Shown here: positions 1 through 9,951 of the stretch, one piece after another
How positions within the stretch are numbered: position 1 is the stretch's first letter
How the letters are laid out: each line of letters begins with the position of its first letter
From: Thermoplasmata archaeon
Lineage (GTDB): Archaea; Thermoplasmatota; E2; DHVEG-1
Assembly: GCA_020054495.1 (NCBI GenBank)
Contig: JAHWGK010000002.1
Coordinates: 16,418 to 80,417, forward strand
DNA length: 64,000 nucleotides
Direction: 5' to 3'
Notes under the pieces: model-generated
What the model was told of the DNA's origin: nothing
Databases searched by the model: none
The model's input: the letters and a program-made list of their open reading frames with translations, nothing else
Program-made: the position numbers and the translations under genes

Positions 1-222
1 GAGATTGATGAACAAATTCAGAATTATGTTAAACTCCTTCATTCATCAGGACCAAAAGCAGTAGAAGAAGTAAAAAAACTGGTTGATGCATGCGAGAAAA
101 TGGACGTGGAGAATTACAAAGAGTATACTGTAAAAAAGATAGCAGAGCTAAGAGTTTCAAAAGAAGGGCAGGAAGGGATAAATGCATTTCTTGAAAAAAG
201 AAAAACAAAATGGGGCGGGTAA
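1..222 (+). CDS. Enoyl-CoA hydratase/methylglutaconyl-CoA hydratase, C-terminal part (runs off window start)
   Basis: Frame 1 reads ...SGPKAVEEVKKLV...RVSKEGQEGINAFLEKRKTKWGG*, a crotonase C-terminal signature (EGxxAFLEKRxPxW); directly upstream of MCC genes; not in the ORF track. Confidence 0.85.
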   Translation, partial: EIDEQIQNYVKLLHSSGPKAVEEVKKLVDACEKMDVENYKEYTVKKIAELRVSKEGQEGINAFLEKRKTKWGG

Positions 223-225
223 TTT

Positions 226-1731
226 TTGTTTAAAAAAATCCTTGTAGCAAATCGTGGGGAAATTGCAGTAAGAATCATTAAAGCTTGCCAAGAGATCGGC
301 ATCAAAACTGTGGCAATTTACTCAAAGGTAGATAAAGCTGCTCCACATGTTCAACTTGCTGATGAAACAATAAATCTTGGAGATCCAACCCCTGTAGAGA
401 GTTACCTTAATATCCCTAAAATCATAAAGATAGCTCAGGACATAGGTGCCGAGGCGATACATCCCGGGTATGGTTTTCTTGCTGAGAATCCAGATTTTGC
501 TCAATCTTGTAATGATGTGAATGTAAAATTCATTGGACCTTCACCTAAAGTTATAAGCTTGATGGGGGATAAAATCGCTGCAAAAAAGACAATGGAAAAA
601 GCAATGGTACCTGTAATACCCGGTTATCATGGTGTTGAACAGGATAATGCCGCTCTTGTCAAAGAAGGAAAGAAAATTGGTTTTCCACTGTTAGTAAAAG
701 CTGCTGCTGGTGGCGGTGGTAAGGGGATGAGACTTGTTCGTTCTGAGAATCTCTTAGAAGAGTCTATTGAGGGTGCAAAGCGTGAATCCAAGTCAGCTTT
801 TGGTGACGACACTGTTTTTCTTGAGAAATATCTCGATAAACCAAGACATATTGAGTTTCAAATTCTTGCTGATGAACATGGAAATGTAATTCATCTTTTT
901 GAAAGGGAATGTTCCATTCAAAGAAGACATCAGAAAATCATTGAAGAAACACCTTCGCCTGTTATGACCCCGCAGCTCAGAGAAAAAATGGGAAACGCTG
1001 CAGTTGCTGCCGCAAAAGCAGTTGGCTATACAAATGCTGGAACTGTTGAATTTATGGTTGACGGTGACCTTAATTTTTATTTCATGGAGATGAATACGCG
1101 TTTGCAGGTCGAGCATCCAATAACTGAGATGACAACTGGTATTGATCTTGTTAAATGGCAACTCAGAATTGCAAGTGGAATGAAACTATCGCTTAAACAA
1201 AAGGATTTAACACAACGTGGTCATGCTATAGAATGCCGCATCTATGCTGAGGACCCATCTAACGGTTTTTTGCCAAGCATTGGAACCCTTGAAAAAGTAG
1301 AAGCTCCAACTGGACCTAATATTAGAGACGACTCTGGAATTTATTCTGGCATGAAAGTAACACCATATTATGATCCTATGCTTGCAAAACTCATAGCATA
1401 CGCTGAAAATAGAGAAGAGAGCATTAACAAGATGATATGGGCACTTTCACATTATGTAGTTATGGGTGTTACTACTAACATTTCATTTCTTAAAACATTA
1501 CTTAAGCATCAGGAATTTATAAAAGGTAATATTACCACTCATTTTATTGACGATTACTTTAAGGATTGGACAGTTACAAAGAAGGGTTTACCAATTGATG
1601 CAATAATAGCATTAGCTGTTTATGATTCCATACATTCAAAAAAACAGGAGATTGTAAGATATAAAGAAACTGATCCTCATTCACCGTGGAAACATGTTGG
1701 ACGGTGGAGAGTTGGAGGGAAGGGGGTATAG
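226..1731 (+). CDS. Biotin carboxylase subunit of acyl-CoA (methylcrotonyl-CoA) carboxylase
   Basis: KKILVANRGEIA, HPGYGFLAEN, GGGGKGMR, ERECSIQRRHQK, EMNTRLQVEHP motifs. Confidence 0.95.
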   Translation: MFKKILVANRGEIAVRIIKACQEIGIKTVAIYSKVDKAAPHVQLADETINLGDPTPVESYLNIPKIIKIAQDIGAEAIHPGYGFLAENPDFAQSCNDVNVKFIGPSPKVISLMGDKIAAKKTMEKAMVPVIPGYHGVEQDNAALVKEGKKIGFPLLVKAAAGGGGKGMRLVRSENLLEESIEGAKRESKSAFGDDTVFLEKYLDKPRHIEFQILADEHGNVIHLFERECSIQRRHQKIIEETPSPVMTPQLREKMGNAAVAAAKAVGYTNAGTVEFMVDGDLNFYFMEMNTRLQVEHPITEMTTGIDLVKWQLRIASGMKLSLKQKDLTQRGHAIECRIYAEDPSNGFLPSIGTLEKVEAPTGPNIRDDSGIYSGMKVTPYYDPMLAKLIAYAENREESINKMIWALSHYVVMGVTTNISFLKTLLKHQEFIKGNITTHFIDDYFKDWTVTKKGLPIDAIIALAVYDSIHSKKQEIVRYKETDPHSPWKHVGRWRVGGKGV

Positions 1732-1734
1732 TAG

Positions 1735-2232
1735 TTGTTTATAAACTATGAGCATGAAAATCATGTATACAATGTTTCAATTGAACGTAGTGAAAATCAA
1801 TTTTTCATAACTTATAATAATACTGAGTATAAGGTGGAAGCAGAAGAAATTAAACTAGGGCAATTAAAGATAAAAATTGGTGATAGACTTATCAAATCAG
1901 TTATTACTGAGGGTGGTAAAGAAAAGTTTGTATTTGTCGATGGGGAGGTCTTTAAAGTCAGGCCTATAGAGCTTACCGGAATGAAAAAAACAAAGAAAAA
2001 AGAAGAAGGGGATCTTTGTTCACCAATATCTGGTAAAGTGGTAAATGTGAAGGTGGAAAATGGTGACTCTGTTAAAAAAGGAGATATTCTCATGATAATA
2101 GAGGCTATGAAAATGGAATATTTAATTCGCGCACCGTTTAATGGTAAAGTTGAAAAAGTGAATTTTAAAGAAAAAGATCAAATTGAAATTGGTCAAAAAA
2201 CTGTAGAATTGGCAAAAAGTAAGGAGGGCTAA
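1735..2232 (+). CDS. Biotin carboxyl carrier protein
   Basis: EAMKME biotinylation motif; N-terminal BT-like domain. Confidence 0.93.
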   Translation: MFINYEHENHVYNVSIERSENQFFITYNNTEYKVEAEEIKLGQLKIKIGDRLIKSVITEGGKEKFVFVDGEVFKVRPIELTGMKKTKKKEEGDLCSPISGKVVNVKVENGDSVKKGDILMIIEAMKMEYLIRAPFNGKVEKVNFKEKDQIEIGQKTVELAKSKEG

Positions 2233-2235
2233 ACT

Positions 2236-3843
2236 ATGGATATTATTGAAAGTAATATAGATATATCAAGTAAGGATTATAAGGAGAGCTCTAAACATTA
2301 TGAGCTACTTATTAAAGATTTTAAAGAAAAAATTGCTATTGTACAAAAAGGTGGCGGAGAGGAAAAAATTAAACTCCATAAATCAAGGAACAAGATGCTT
2401 GCTCGTGAAAGGATTGATGCATTACTTGATCCAGATACACCGTTTATGGAATTCAACTCCCTTGCTGCATTTGGAATGTATAATGACAAAGCACCATGTG
2501 CTGGTATTGTAACAGGCATTGGTATTATTCATGGTCGTGAGGTAGTAATTGTTGCAAATGATGCAACTGTTAGTGGTGGAACATATTATCCAATGACTGT
2601 TAAGAAACATTTGCGGGCACAAAAGATTGCTATGAAAAATAATCTCCCATGTATATACCTCGTTGATTCTGGAGGTGCTTTTTTGCCAATGCAGGATGAG
2701 GTATTCCCAGACCGCGAACATTTTGGTAGGATTTTTTACAACCAAGCTGTAATGTCATCTATGGGGATCCCTCAGATATCCGCAGTTATGGGTTCATGTA
2801 CAGCCGGTGGAGCATATGTACCTGCAATGTCAGATGAAACAATAATTGTCAAAGGAACAGGAACTATTTTCTTAGGTGGACCTCCGCTTGTTAAAGCAGC
2901 TACTGGTGAGGAGGTAAGCGCTGAGGAGCTAGGTGGTGCAGATGTCCATTGTAAAGAAAGTGGAGTATCAGATCATTATGCCAATGATGATAAGGAAGCA
3001 ATACATCTGACTAGAAATATTGTTGAAAATCTTAATCGGCCAGATAAAACGCATCTTGATGTCCGCAAACCTGAGGAACCAGCATATAACATTAAGGAAA
3101 TATATGGAATTATACCAAAAGATTCTAGGAGACCATTTGATGTTAAAGAAATAATTGCTAGACTTGTTGATGGCTCAAAGTTCCATGAATTTAAAACACT
3201 ATATGGTAAAACAATTGTCTGTGGTTTTGCCAGGATAATGGGATATCCTGTTGGAATATTGGCAAATGATGGAGTATTGTTTTCCGAGTCAGCTCTAAAA
3301 GTTTCACATTTTATCGAAATGTGTTGCCAGCGGAAAATACCACTAATTTTCCTACAAAACATTACTGGTTTTATGGTTGGAAGAAAATACGAGGCAGGCG
3401 GGATTGCAAAGGATGGTGCGAAGATGGTTAGTGCTGTTGCAACCGCAAATGTTCCTAGATTTACAGTTATTATTGGCGGGTCTTTTGGGGCTGGTAATTA
3501 CGGTATGTGTGGTCGAGCATATGGACCACGACAACTATGGATGTGGCCAAACGCTCGTATCTCTGTTATGGGTGGTGAGCAAGCAGCTAATGTTCTTTTG
3601 ACTGTTAAGAAAGATCAACTTTGGAGGAAAGGTAAAGAACTGACAAAGGAAGAAGAAAAAGCTATAACTGAGCCAATACTAAAAAAATATGAAACAGAGG
3701 GAAGCCCATATTATAGCACAGCAAGAATATGGGACGATGGAATCATTGATCCTGTGGATACCAGAATGGTACTTGGACTTGGAATATCTGCATCACTAAA
3801 CGCACCTATACCAGATTGGAAACCAGGCATTTTCCGGATGTAA
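2236..3843 (+). CDS. Methylcrotonyl-CoA carboxylase carboxyltransferase (beta) subunit
   Basis: [41 protein letters not shown]-terminal GIFRM. Confidence 0.93.
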   Translation: MDIIESNIDISSKDYKESSKHYELLIKDFKEKIAIVQKGGGEEKIKLHKSRNKMLARERIDALLDPDTPFMEFNSLAAFGMYNDKAPCAGIVTGIGIIHGREVVIVANDATVSGGTYYPMTVKKHLRAQKIAMKNNLPCIYLVDSGGAFLPMQDEVFPDREHFGRIFYNQAVMSSMGIPQISAVMGSCTAGGAYVPAMSDETIIVKGTGTIFLGGPPLVKAATGEEVSAEELGGADVHCKESGVSDHYANDDKEAIHLTRNIVENLNRPDKTHLDVRKPEEPAYNIKEIYGIIPKDSRRPFDVKEIIARLVDGSKFHEFKTLYGKTIVCGFARIMGYPVGILANDGVLFSESALKVSHFIEMCCQRKIPLIFLQNITGFMVGRKYEAGGIAKDGAKMVSAVATANVPRFTVIIGGSFGAGNYGMCGRAYGPRQLWMWPNARISVMGGEQAANVLLTVKKDQLWRKGKELTKEEEKAITEPILKKYETEGSPYYSTARIWDDGIIDPVDTRMVLGLGISASLNAPIPDWKPGIFRM

Positions 3844-3848
3844 AAAAT

Positions 3849-4499
3849 TTATGTAATTAGTCGATCAAGGGCCTTATATCCTCTAATGACATCTTTTTCA
3901 TCAACAATAAAAGTGATTTCGAAATCAATTGAAATAACTTCAATGATGTTGATGTTCTCCCAGGCAAAATTTCGAATAATTTGAAATAATACTCCTGGAA
4001 TATTAACTAATTTTTTACCAATGCTAAAAGATAAGGATACAAGGTTATCTTCTATGCTAAATATTCTTTCGTTTTGTAAAAAATTACATATTTTGTCTTT
4101 ATAACGTTCATTAGTAATAATATTAACCGAGTTTCTCCCATAGATTATGTGAAGAATATCCCCTTTTTCAAATTTGATGACGTCATATATTCGTTTTAGT
4201 TTATCAAACAAACCTGGAGTCTTTTGAACATTAATGTCAATAACATTTGTTTTTACGTTTACCTCTGAAGAACCAGCATCAAACTTAATTTCTTTAAATT
4301 TAACAATCATTTTTTCGGCATATCTTCGAATTGCTGCTACAATTGCATAATGCGCAACTTCCTTTCTTAATTCTTCTTCAATCTCTGATTTAAGTTGTTT
4401 TGCTACAGAACCATATGAAGCGATTCCTTTTCCTATTGCCTCTTGCAGATATATATTCTCGTCAACAAGTTTATTGACAACATGGGCTATTGTAACCAT
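3849..4499 (-). CDS. ACT-domain protein with helical N-terminal domain (putative amino-acid-sensing regulator), paralog 1
   Basis: PGVLFQIIRNFAWENINIIEVIS ACT-like C-terminus; clear paralog at 15991-16641. Confidence 0.7.
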   Translation of the reverse strand: MVTIAHVVNKLVDENIYLQEAIGKGIASYGSVAKQLKSEIEEELRKEVAHYAIVAAIRRYAEKMIVKFKEIKFDAGSSEVNVKTNVIDINVQKTPGLFDKLKRIYDVIKFEKGDILHIIYGRNSVNIITNERYKDKICNFLQNERIFSIEDNLVSLSFSIGKKLVNIPGVLFQIIRNFAWENINIIEVISIDFEITFIVDEKDVIRGYKALDRLIT

Positions 4500-4721
4500 A
4501 TTTCCATCACAATTTTATTATAAAACATGTATTATATAAATCTAGTAGATTAATTTTGTATCAAAATAATTTTAAAATACAAACTTTTGTAACAGTTAGT
4601 AATTATTATAACTATATTCCTCTAAAAAGTAAAAATCATAACAATTTGAAAAAATTGTCCAGTGAAATAATAGTTTTATAAATAGTTAGATGATATCAGA
4701 TTTGGTGAGAGGGAAGCAGTC

Positions 4722-5018
4722 ATGAAAGATAGAATCTTAAAAGACATTTTAGACTGGTATGACAGACATGAAGATAAAAATACTGTTTTTATTGAAGATT
4801 TCGTTGATAAAGTGATTGATAGAACAGCAGATGCTCTTTTTGATGAAATTAAAGAAGGGTTTAGAGACGAATTTAAGAAAGGAAATTTAAAACACCCATT
4901 TATAATTTCTAGTGATTACTATCTATATCTCAAATTAAAAGATATTAAAAATAAATTTATTAAAACTAAAAAGCTTGAGATATCTGAAGATGAGATCTCT
5001 ACTGAAAAATTTGAATAA
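4722..5018 (+). CDS. Hypothetical protein
   Basis: 98-aa ORF with upstream TATA (tttataaa) and GGTGAG/GAGGG RBS; no recognised motif. Confidence 0.65.
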   Translation: MKDRILKDILDWYDRHEDKNTVFIEDFVDKVIDRTADALFDEIKEGFRDEFKKGNLKHPFIISSDYYLYLKLKDIKNKFIKTKKLEISEDEISTEKFE

Positions 5019-5137
5019 TAAATTTCTGCATGACCAACACTTGAGCACCATGCAACTTTCTTGTCACGGCTTTTAACTGATTTGGGAATTTCTTTGCATT
5101 CATCTTAACCATATGCGCTAGGTTCAACCAGCATTCT

Positions 5138-5330
5138 CGTTTTACTCCTGAAACTTCTAAAAAAATACTTATAAAAAATAATAGAATAGTTGATCTTCAG
5201 TTTGTAGGTACTATTAGGAATGCTGATCCCATTTACAGCCTTATGAAAAAGGGTTCAGATATTAGCGGTATTGAAAATAGACTGCTTGATGATAATTTTG
5301 TGATTGCACCTAATATCTATAATTATAAAC
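5138..5330 (+). pseudogene. C-terminal remnant of an FAD-dependent pyridine nucleotide-disulfide oxidoreductase
   Basis: Frame reads RFTPETSKKILIKNNRIVDLQFVGTIRNADPIYSLMKKGSDISGIENRLLDDNF, resembling the C-terminal domain of NirB/NADH-oxidase-like proteins; no N-terminal FAD domain. Confidence 0.45.
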
Positions 5331-5952
5331 CTGCAGCTGCTATTATAAAGGTGAATCCAAAATACATGAGAACTATTCCAAATATAATCATTAGAGGCTT
5401 ATACCATTTTAATCCCATAACATTTGTTCCTTTTTTTGATAAATAAGCAACTCCAGTTAGCCAAACATAATCCATCCATACATGAAATATGAACATAAAT
5501 ACTACACCAAGCAAAGCAGCAAGCTCAAGAGCTATTACTATTAATTGAGCTCCTACTGTCAACCACCACAAAATAAAATAAGGATTCAAACCTGTAAAAG
5601 CCAAACCAATTAGAAATAAATGTCGATAAACCGACTTTGGTTCTTTTAATTCTTCAGGTTTAAAAATAATTGAGTTTTTTATTTGAATAGCCCCAAATAC
5701 AATAAGCACAATTCCTCCTGTAAATCCAATGGCTATCTTTACCATTGGTTCACTTGCAACTGTAAGTAGCCCAAGTGCAAGTAGCATTATGAGTAAGAAT
5801 TCAACAACAGAATGTGCAATCGAGAATACAAGACCGGTTTTCGCACCATACTTGGTTCCATGTGATATTGTTGCGAAAAACAAAGGACCTGGTGCGAGGG
5901 CACCTGAAGCAGTTAATACTACTATGGTTACAATGAAACCAATTATTTCCAT
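5323..5952 (-). CDS. LysE-family amino acid translocator
   Basis: SGALAPGP and GLNPYFILWW motifs; about 6 TM helices. Confidence 0.88.
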   Translation of the reverse strand: MEIIGFIVTIVVLTASGALAPGPLFFATISHGTKYGAKTGLVFSIAHSVVEFLLIMLLALGLLTVASEPMVKIAIGFTGGIVLIVFGAIQIKNSIIFKPEELKEPKSVYRHLFLIGLAFTGLNPYFILWWLTVGAQLIVIALELAALLGVVFMFIFHVWMDYVWLTGVAYLSKKGTNVMGLKWYKPLMIIFGIVLMYFGFTFIIAAAGL

Positions 5953-6036
5953 TGAAAAAGGAAAACAAGGTTTTTTTATAATAAACTTACTTAGTTACAA
6001 ATTTAATAAAGGAAAATAAAAAAAGAGATGGAAAAC

Positions 6037-7728
6037 TTAAAGTGTCTTTAACCCACTGTCTATGAAAAGTCTCCCTATTACAAAACCATAAAATGTTTCT
6101 TCAAAGGCATATTCACCGACAGTTGCTGTTACTTCAATAACAACTGGTCCAAATCTTAGCACTATAGATCTTGGTTCTGTAGATATTTTTTGTGTAATAC
6201 CTGGACCAAGTTCATCAATTGAGCCATTAGCTGAAACGTTTATCCTGTTTAGTAAGCCACCTTTGACAGTTATATTCCAGCCGATACCAGTAAGTTCTTC
6301 TTCGACAATATTTTTGATTTTTGCTTGTATTTCACCAAAGCTGTATTTTGCAATTCCGAATTCAAGATCAGGTTCTACTGTAGGACTATATGGCTCCATT
6401 AATGGATAATTGTCCTTGTTACCTACACTAGGAATATAATACGGAGTGTCAACTATTCCATTACTATCGTTATCCCATGCGCCTTCACTTGGCTCATCAA
6501 AATCATCCCAGTAGTTACCTTCTCCAAATGTAGAATTCCAACTATTATTTTTATAATCATCATATGCTTGCACGGTGTTATTGAAAAAACTGTTGTGATA
6601 TATGGAACTATCAAAGTTAGAGCCTTCTAACGCAATACCATAAGAACAATTTTCAATTGTATTATATTGAATAGAATTATTATTAGATGCACCAAGATAT
6701 ACACCTGAAAAAAAAGCTCTACATTTATTTCCAAAAATATAGTTATTATCACTATAATAAAGGTAAATTCCAATAGAATTAGTTGATAATGAGTTCATTG
6801 TATCGAATTTACTATTTTGAATTGTGTTATTATTTGAAAAATAAAGCATCACTCCATAATATCCAGTAATATCAACGTTAGAAATCAAAAATGAGGAACA
6901 ATTTACTAGAATAATGAGACCTGCATCACTTGGAATATTAATTCCGATTTCATCTCTGTGCATGTAAATTGGTTTATCATTAACAGTGTTACTTGTATCT
7001 ATATCATTATCAACACTATAACGATCCATTTCAATAGTACAGTTAAATAAATCATTTTCTCTGAAAGTGTTGTTGAAGGACTCTGTTGATAAACAAATAC
7101 CTAAGCCATCTCTTATAGTATTTCCATTTATATTATTATGACGTGAATCAAAAAAACTTAGGCCTATTGCGTCTTTGACGCCGAAAATGAGGTTATTCAA
7201 TATTTTATTATTGTGAGATTTTATTAGTGCAATACCTCTTTGATATCCTGTATGAATGATCTTATTTCCTTCAATGATAACGTTTGATGAAATATTAATT
7301 TCATCTTGTGACTCTATTAAAAAAGTATCCTTATTTTCACTATTATTTCTTAATGTAAACCCAGATACATTTACATATTCACCAACTATCCGGATAACAT
7401 TTCCTGAATTATTACCATCTATAATAGTTGTATCTCTATCTTCACCTATTAGATTGATTAAATCTTTTGTTATATTTACATTTTCATAATAAGTTCCATT
7501 ATAGACATAAATGGTATCACCAGACGAAGCATTGTTTATCCCCTCTTGAATAGTTTTTACATGAGTAGCATTATACCAACTAGGATCAGCATCATCGTCA
7601 ACATAAATTGTATTACCACTTAATCCAACTATAGACTTTTCTCCAAATACAGATGTCATTGTTAAACAAGATAACAATAGCATTCCAATTATTCCAATTG
7701 CAAATATTCTCTTTTTCATATTTATCAC
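6037..7728 (-). CDS. Secreted NosD/CASH right-handed beta-helix protein
   Basis: Signal peptide; TIYVDDD...TIQEGINNASSGDTIYVYNGTYYEN; PbH1 repeats; GNYWDD; DNYPL. Confidence 0.85.
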   Translation of the reverse strand: MINMKKRIFAIGIIGMLLLSCLTMTSVFGEKSIVGLSGNTIYVDDDADPSWYNATHVKTIQEGINNASSGDTIYVYNGTYYENVNITKDLINLIGEDRDTTIIDGNNSGNVIRIVGEYVNVSGFTLRNNSENKDTFLIESQDEINISSNVIIEGNKIIHTGYQRGIALIKSHNNKILNNLIFGVKDAIGLSFFDSRHNNINGNTIRDGLGICLSTESFNNTFRENDLFNCTIEMDRYSVDNDIDTSNTVNDKPIYMHRDEIGINIPSDAGLIILVNCSSFLISNVDITGYYGVMLYFSNNNTIQNSKFDTMNSLSTNSIGIYLYYSDNNYIFGNKCRAFFSGVYLGASNNNSIQYNTIENCSYGIALEGSNFDSSIYHNSFFNNTVQAYDDYKNNSWNSTFGEGNYWDDFDEPSEGAWDNDSNGIVDTPYYIPSVGNKDNYPLMEPYSPTVEPDLEFGIAKYSFGEIQAKIKNIVEEELTGIGWNITVKGGLLNRINVSANGSIDELGPGITQKISTEPRSIVLRFGPVVIEVTATVGEYAFEETFYGFVIGRLFIDSGLKTL

Positions 7729-7952
7729 TTCGTAATCTTTTTTTATTAAAATTAGGCTGATTTAATACTATATAAGCTTTTCATTACAACCATTATCTAA
7801 TCTAAAAAAAGATATCAATTTTGACGAATTCTTTTTTTATTTATTATTAATTTCCAAAAACCTTTCAGCCATTTTTTTCCGAATTAGCAAATGTATTTTA
7901 GACTCTTGCAATATATCCCCTCAACAAAGCAATTAAAATACGGAGGGAAAAC

Positions 7953-9029
7953 ATGATTACAAAAACAATTATGTGTCCTAAATGTAAAAACCAAGTAACA
8001 ATTGAGGGTAAACCTGGAGAAAAAAAAAATATCACTTGCGAAAAATGTAATACAAAAGGTGTTTTTACATTTCCAAGTGATAAACCTATTAAAAAAGCAG
8101 ATGTAGGTCCTGCTGCAATTGAAGTTAATGGTCTTACTAAAATTTATAAAGATCTAAAAGCTGTTGATAACCTTTCATTTAATGTTCGAAAGGGAGAAAT
8201 TTTTGGTCTTCTTGGTCCTAACGGCGCAGGGAAGAGTACAACAATTAAAGCAATCTTAAGCCTAATTCGTACAAATTCAGCTAATATAAAAATTAATGGA
8301 CATGACATTAAAACGGATGGTGTTGAAGCAAGAAGATCTGTTGGATATCTTCCTGAAAGGGTTTCATTTTACAATAATCTTAATCCATTACAAACAATGC
8401 ATTTTTATTGTGAACTATGGGGAGTAGATAAATCTATAGCAAAACCTCTTATAAGAGAAGTTGGACTAGAAGATGCAATAAAAAGGAAAGTGGGGAATTT
8501 TTCAAAAGGTATGGTTCAACTATTGGGTGTAGCTCAAGTAATGATTGGTAAACCCCCTGTATATATCCTTGATGAACCTATGGGAGGTTTAGACGCGAGA
8601 TGGGTTAAGACGATTAGAGAAAAAATAAAATATTTAAATGAACAGGGTGCAACAATTCTTTTTTCATCTCATATTCTTAGTGAGGTAGAGAATCTTTGTG
8701 ATAGAGTTGCAATTATTAACAAAGGAAAATTAATCGCTGAAGATACAGTTCCTAACCTTAACAAATATTTGCAAATCAAACCACGTCTTGAAATATCAAT
8801 TTTAGGATTAAATGGTAAAGTCCCAGAAGAAATAAGGAAAATGAAGGGCGTTGAAAGTGTAAATGCAGAGGGCGATATACTATATGTCACATGTGAATCA
8901 TCGATTAGAATCGAAGTTATTGCAAAATTAAAGGATTTAGGATACAATATTAAGGATATCATAACCATAGAACCTTCTCTTGAGGATGCTTTTATTAAAT
9001 TAATAGATAAGGAGGAGGGGGGCAATTAA
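7953..9029 (+). CDS. ABC transporter ATP-binding protein with N-terminal zinc ribbon
   Basis: CPKC...CEKC; GPNGAGKST; FSKGM; ILDEP; SSH; PSLED. Confidence 0.92.
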   Translation: MITKTIMCPKCKNQVTIEGKPGEKKNITCEKCNTKGVFTFPSDKPIKKADVGPAAIEVNGLTKIYKDLKAVDNLSFNVRKGEIFGLLGPNGAGKSTTIKAILSLIRTNSANIKINGHDIKTDGVEARRSVGYLPERVSFYNNLNPLQTMHFYCELWGVDKSIAKPLIREVGLEDAIKRKVGNFSKGMVQLLGVAQVMIGKPPVYILDEPMGGLDARWVKTIREKIKYLNEQGATILFSSHILSEVENLCDRVAIINKGKLIAEDTVPNLNKYLQIKPRLEISILGLNGKVPEEIRKMKGVESVNAEGDILYVTCESSIRIEVIAKLKDLGYNIKDIITIEPSLEDAFIKLIDKEEGGN

Positions 9030-9877
9030 TGGCAATTATAAATCCTAAAACAATTTATACTATAGCAAAAAAAGAATTCATGGACAATATTAGAAGTAAA
9101 TGGATAATATTAATATCAATTATTTTTATAATTTTGACAATTGTTTCTGCATATGTTGCAGGGGGAACAAGCGATGAAGTATTTGGAGGTATGGAAGCCA
9201 CTGTTGTTTCACTCATGAGTATTTATACTCTTATCATTCCATTAATTGCTATTTTGCTTGGATTCTCAACAATTGCCGGAGAAGCTGAAACGGGTTCTCT
9301 ATCAGTAGTTCTTTCATATCCTGTAAAGAGAATAGAAGTTCTAATAGGTAAATTCCTTGGACTTGGTTCTGTATTAGCTGTTACTCCAATGATAGGATTT
9401 GGTATAAGTGGTATAGTTATTGCAGCTGTTATTGGTGCAGAAGAAGGTTTAGCATTTCTCGTATTCATAGCACTAGCAATTGTATTAGGTTTAATATATT
9501 TAAGTTTAATAATTTTCATTTCTGCACTTTGTAGAACTCGTGTGAGAGCTATTGCAGGAGGAGTTGCCTTATTTTTTTGGGCTATGATATATGGGATAAT
9601 TATTATGGCTATCTATGTGGGAACTGGGGGAGATTTAACAAAACTAATGACAGGTCAAGCTACCTACCCTGATTGGCTTTTCGGTTCGATTATTTTTAGC
9701 CCAGGTGATTTAAACCAGATGGCTGTAATGAGAGCGTTTGATCTAAATCAAGCAATGGGAATTAATCTTGAAGCCCCAGATTGGATGAGTATGCCTTTTC
9801 TTATTGTTGTTCAGATGTTATGGATAATTATACCATTGTTCTTAGCATACTACTTCTTTAAGAAGAGAGATATATAA
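9029..9877 (+). CDS. ABC-2/NosY-type permease
   Basis: IAKKEF, IAGEAETGSL...PVKRIEVLIGKFLG, C-terminal FKKRDI; overlaps ATPase stop. Confidence 0.9.
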   Translation: MAIINPKTIYTIAKKEFMDNIRSKWIILISIIFIILTIVSAYVAGGTSDEVFGGMEATVVSLMSIYTLIIPLIAILLGFSTIAGEAETGSLSVVLSYPVKRIEVLIGKFLGLGSVLAVTPMIGFGISGIVIAAVIGAEEGLAFLVFIALAIVLGLIYLSLIIFISALCRTRVRAIAGGVALFFWAMIYGIIIMAIYVGTGGDLTKLMTGQATYPDWLFGSIIFSPGDLNQMAVMRAFDLNQAMGINLEAPDWMSMPFLIVVQMLWIIIPLFLAYYFFKKRDI

Positions 9878-9951
9878 ATAGAACCATAGTAAGTAGCTAC
9901 AATAATTCAACCTTTAACTATTTAAATAAAGAAATATTTACAGTTGTTAAT

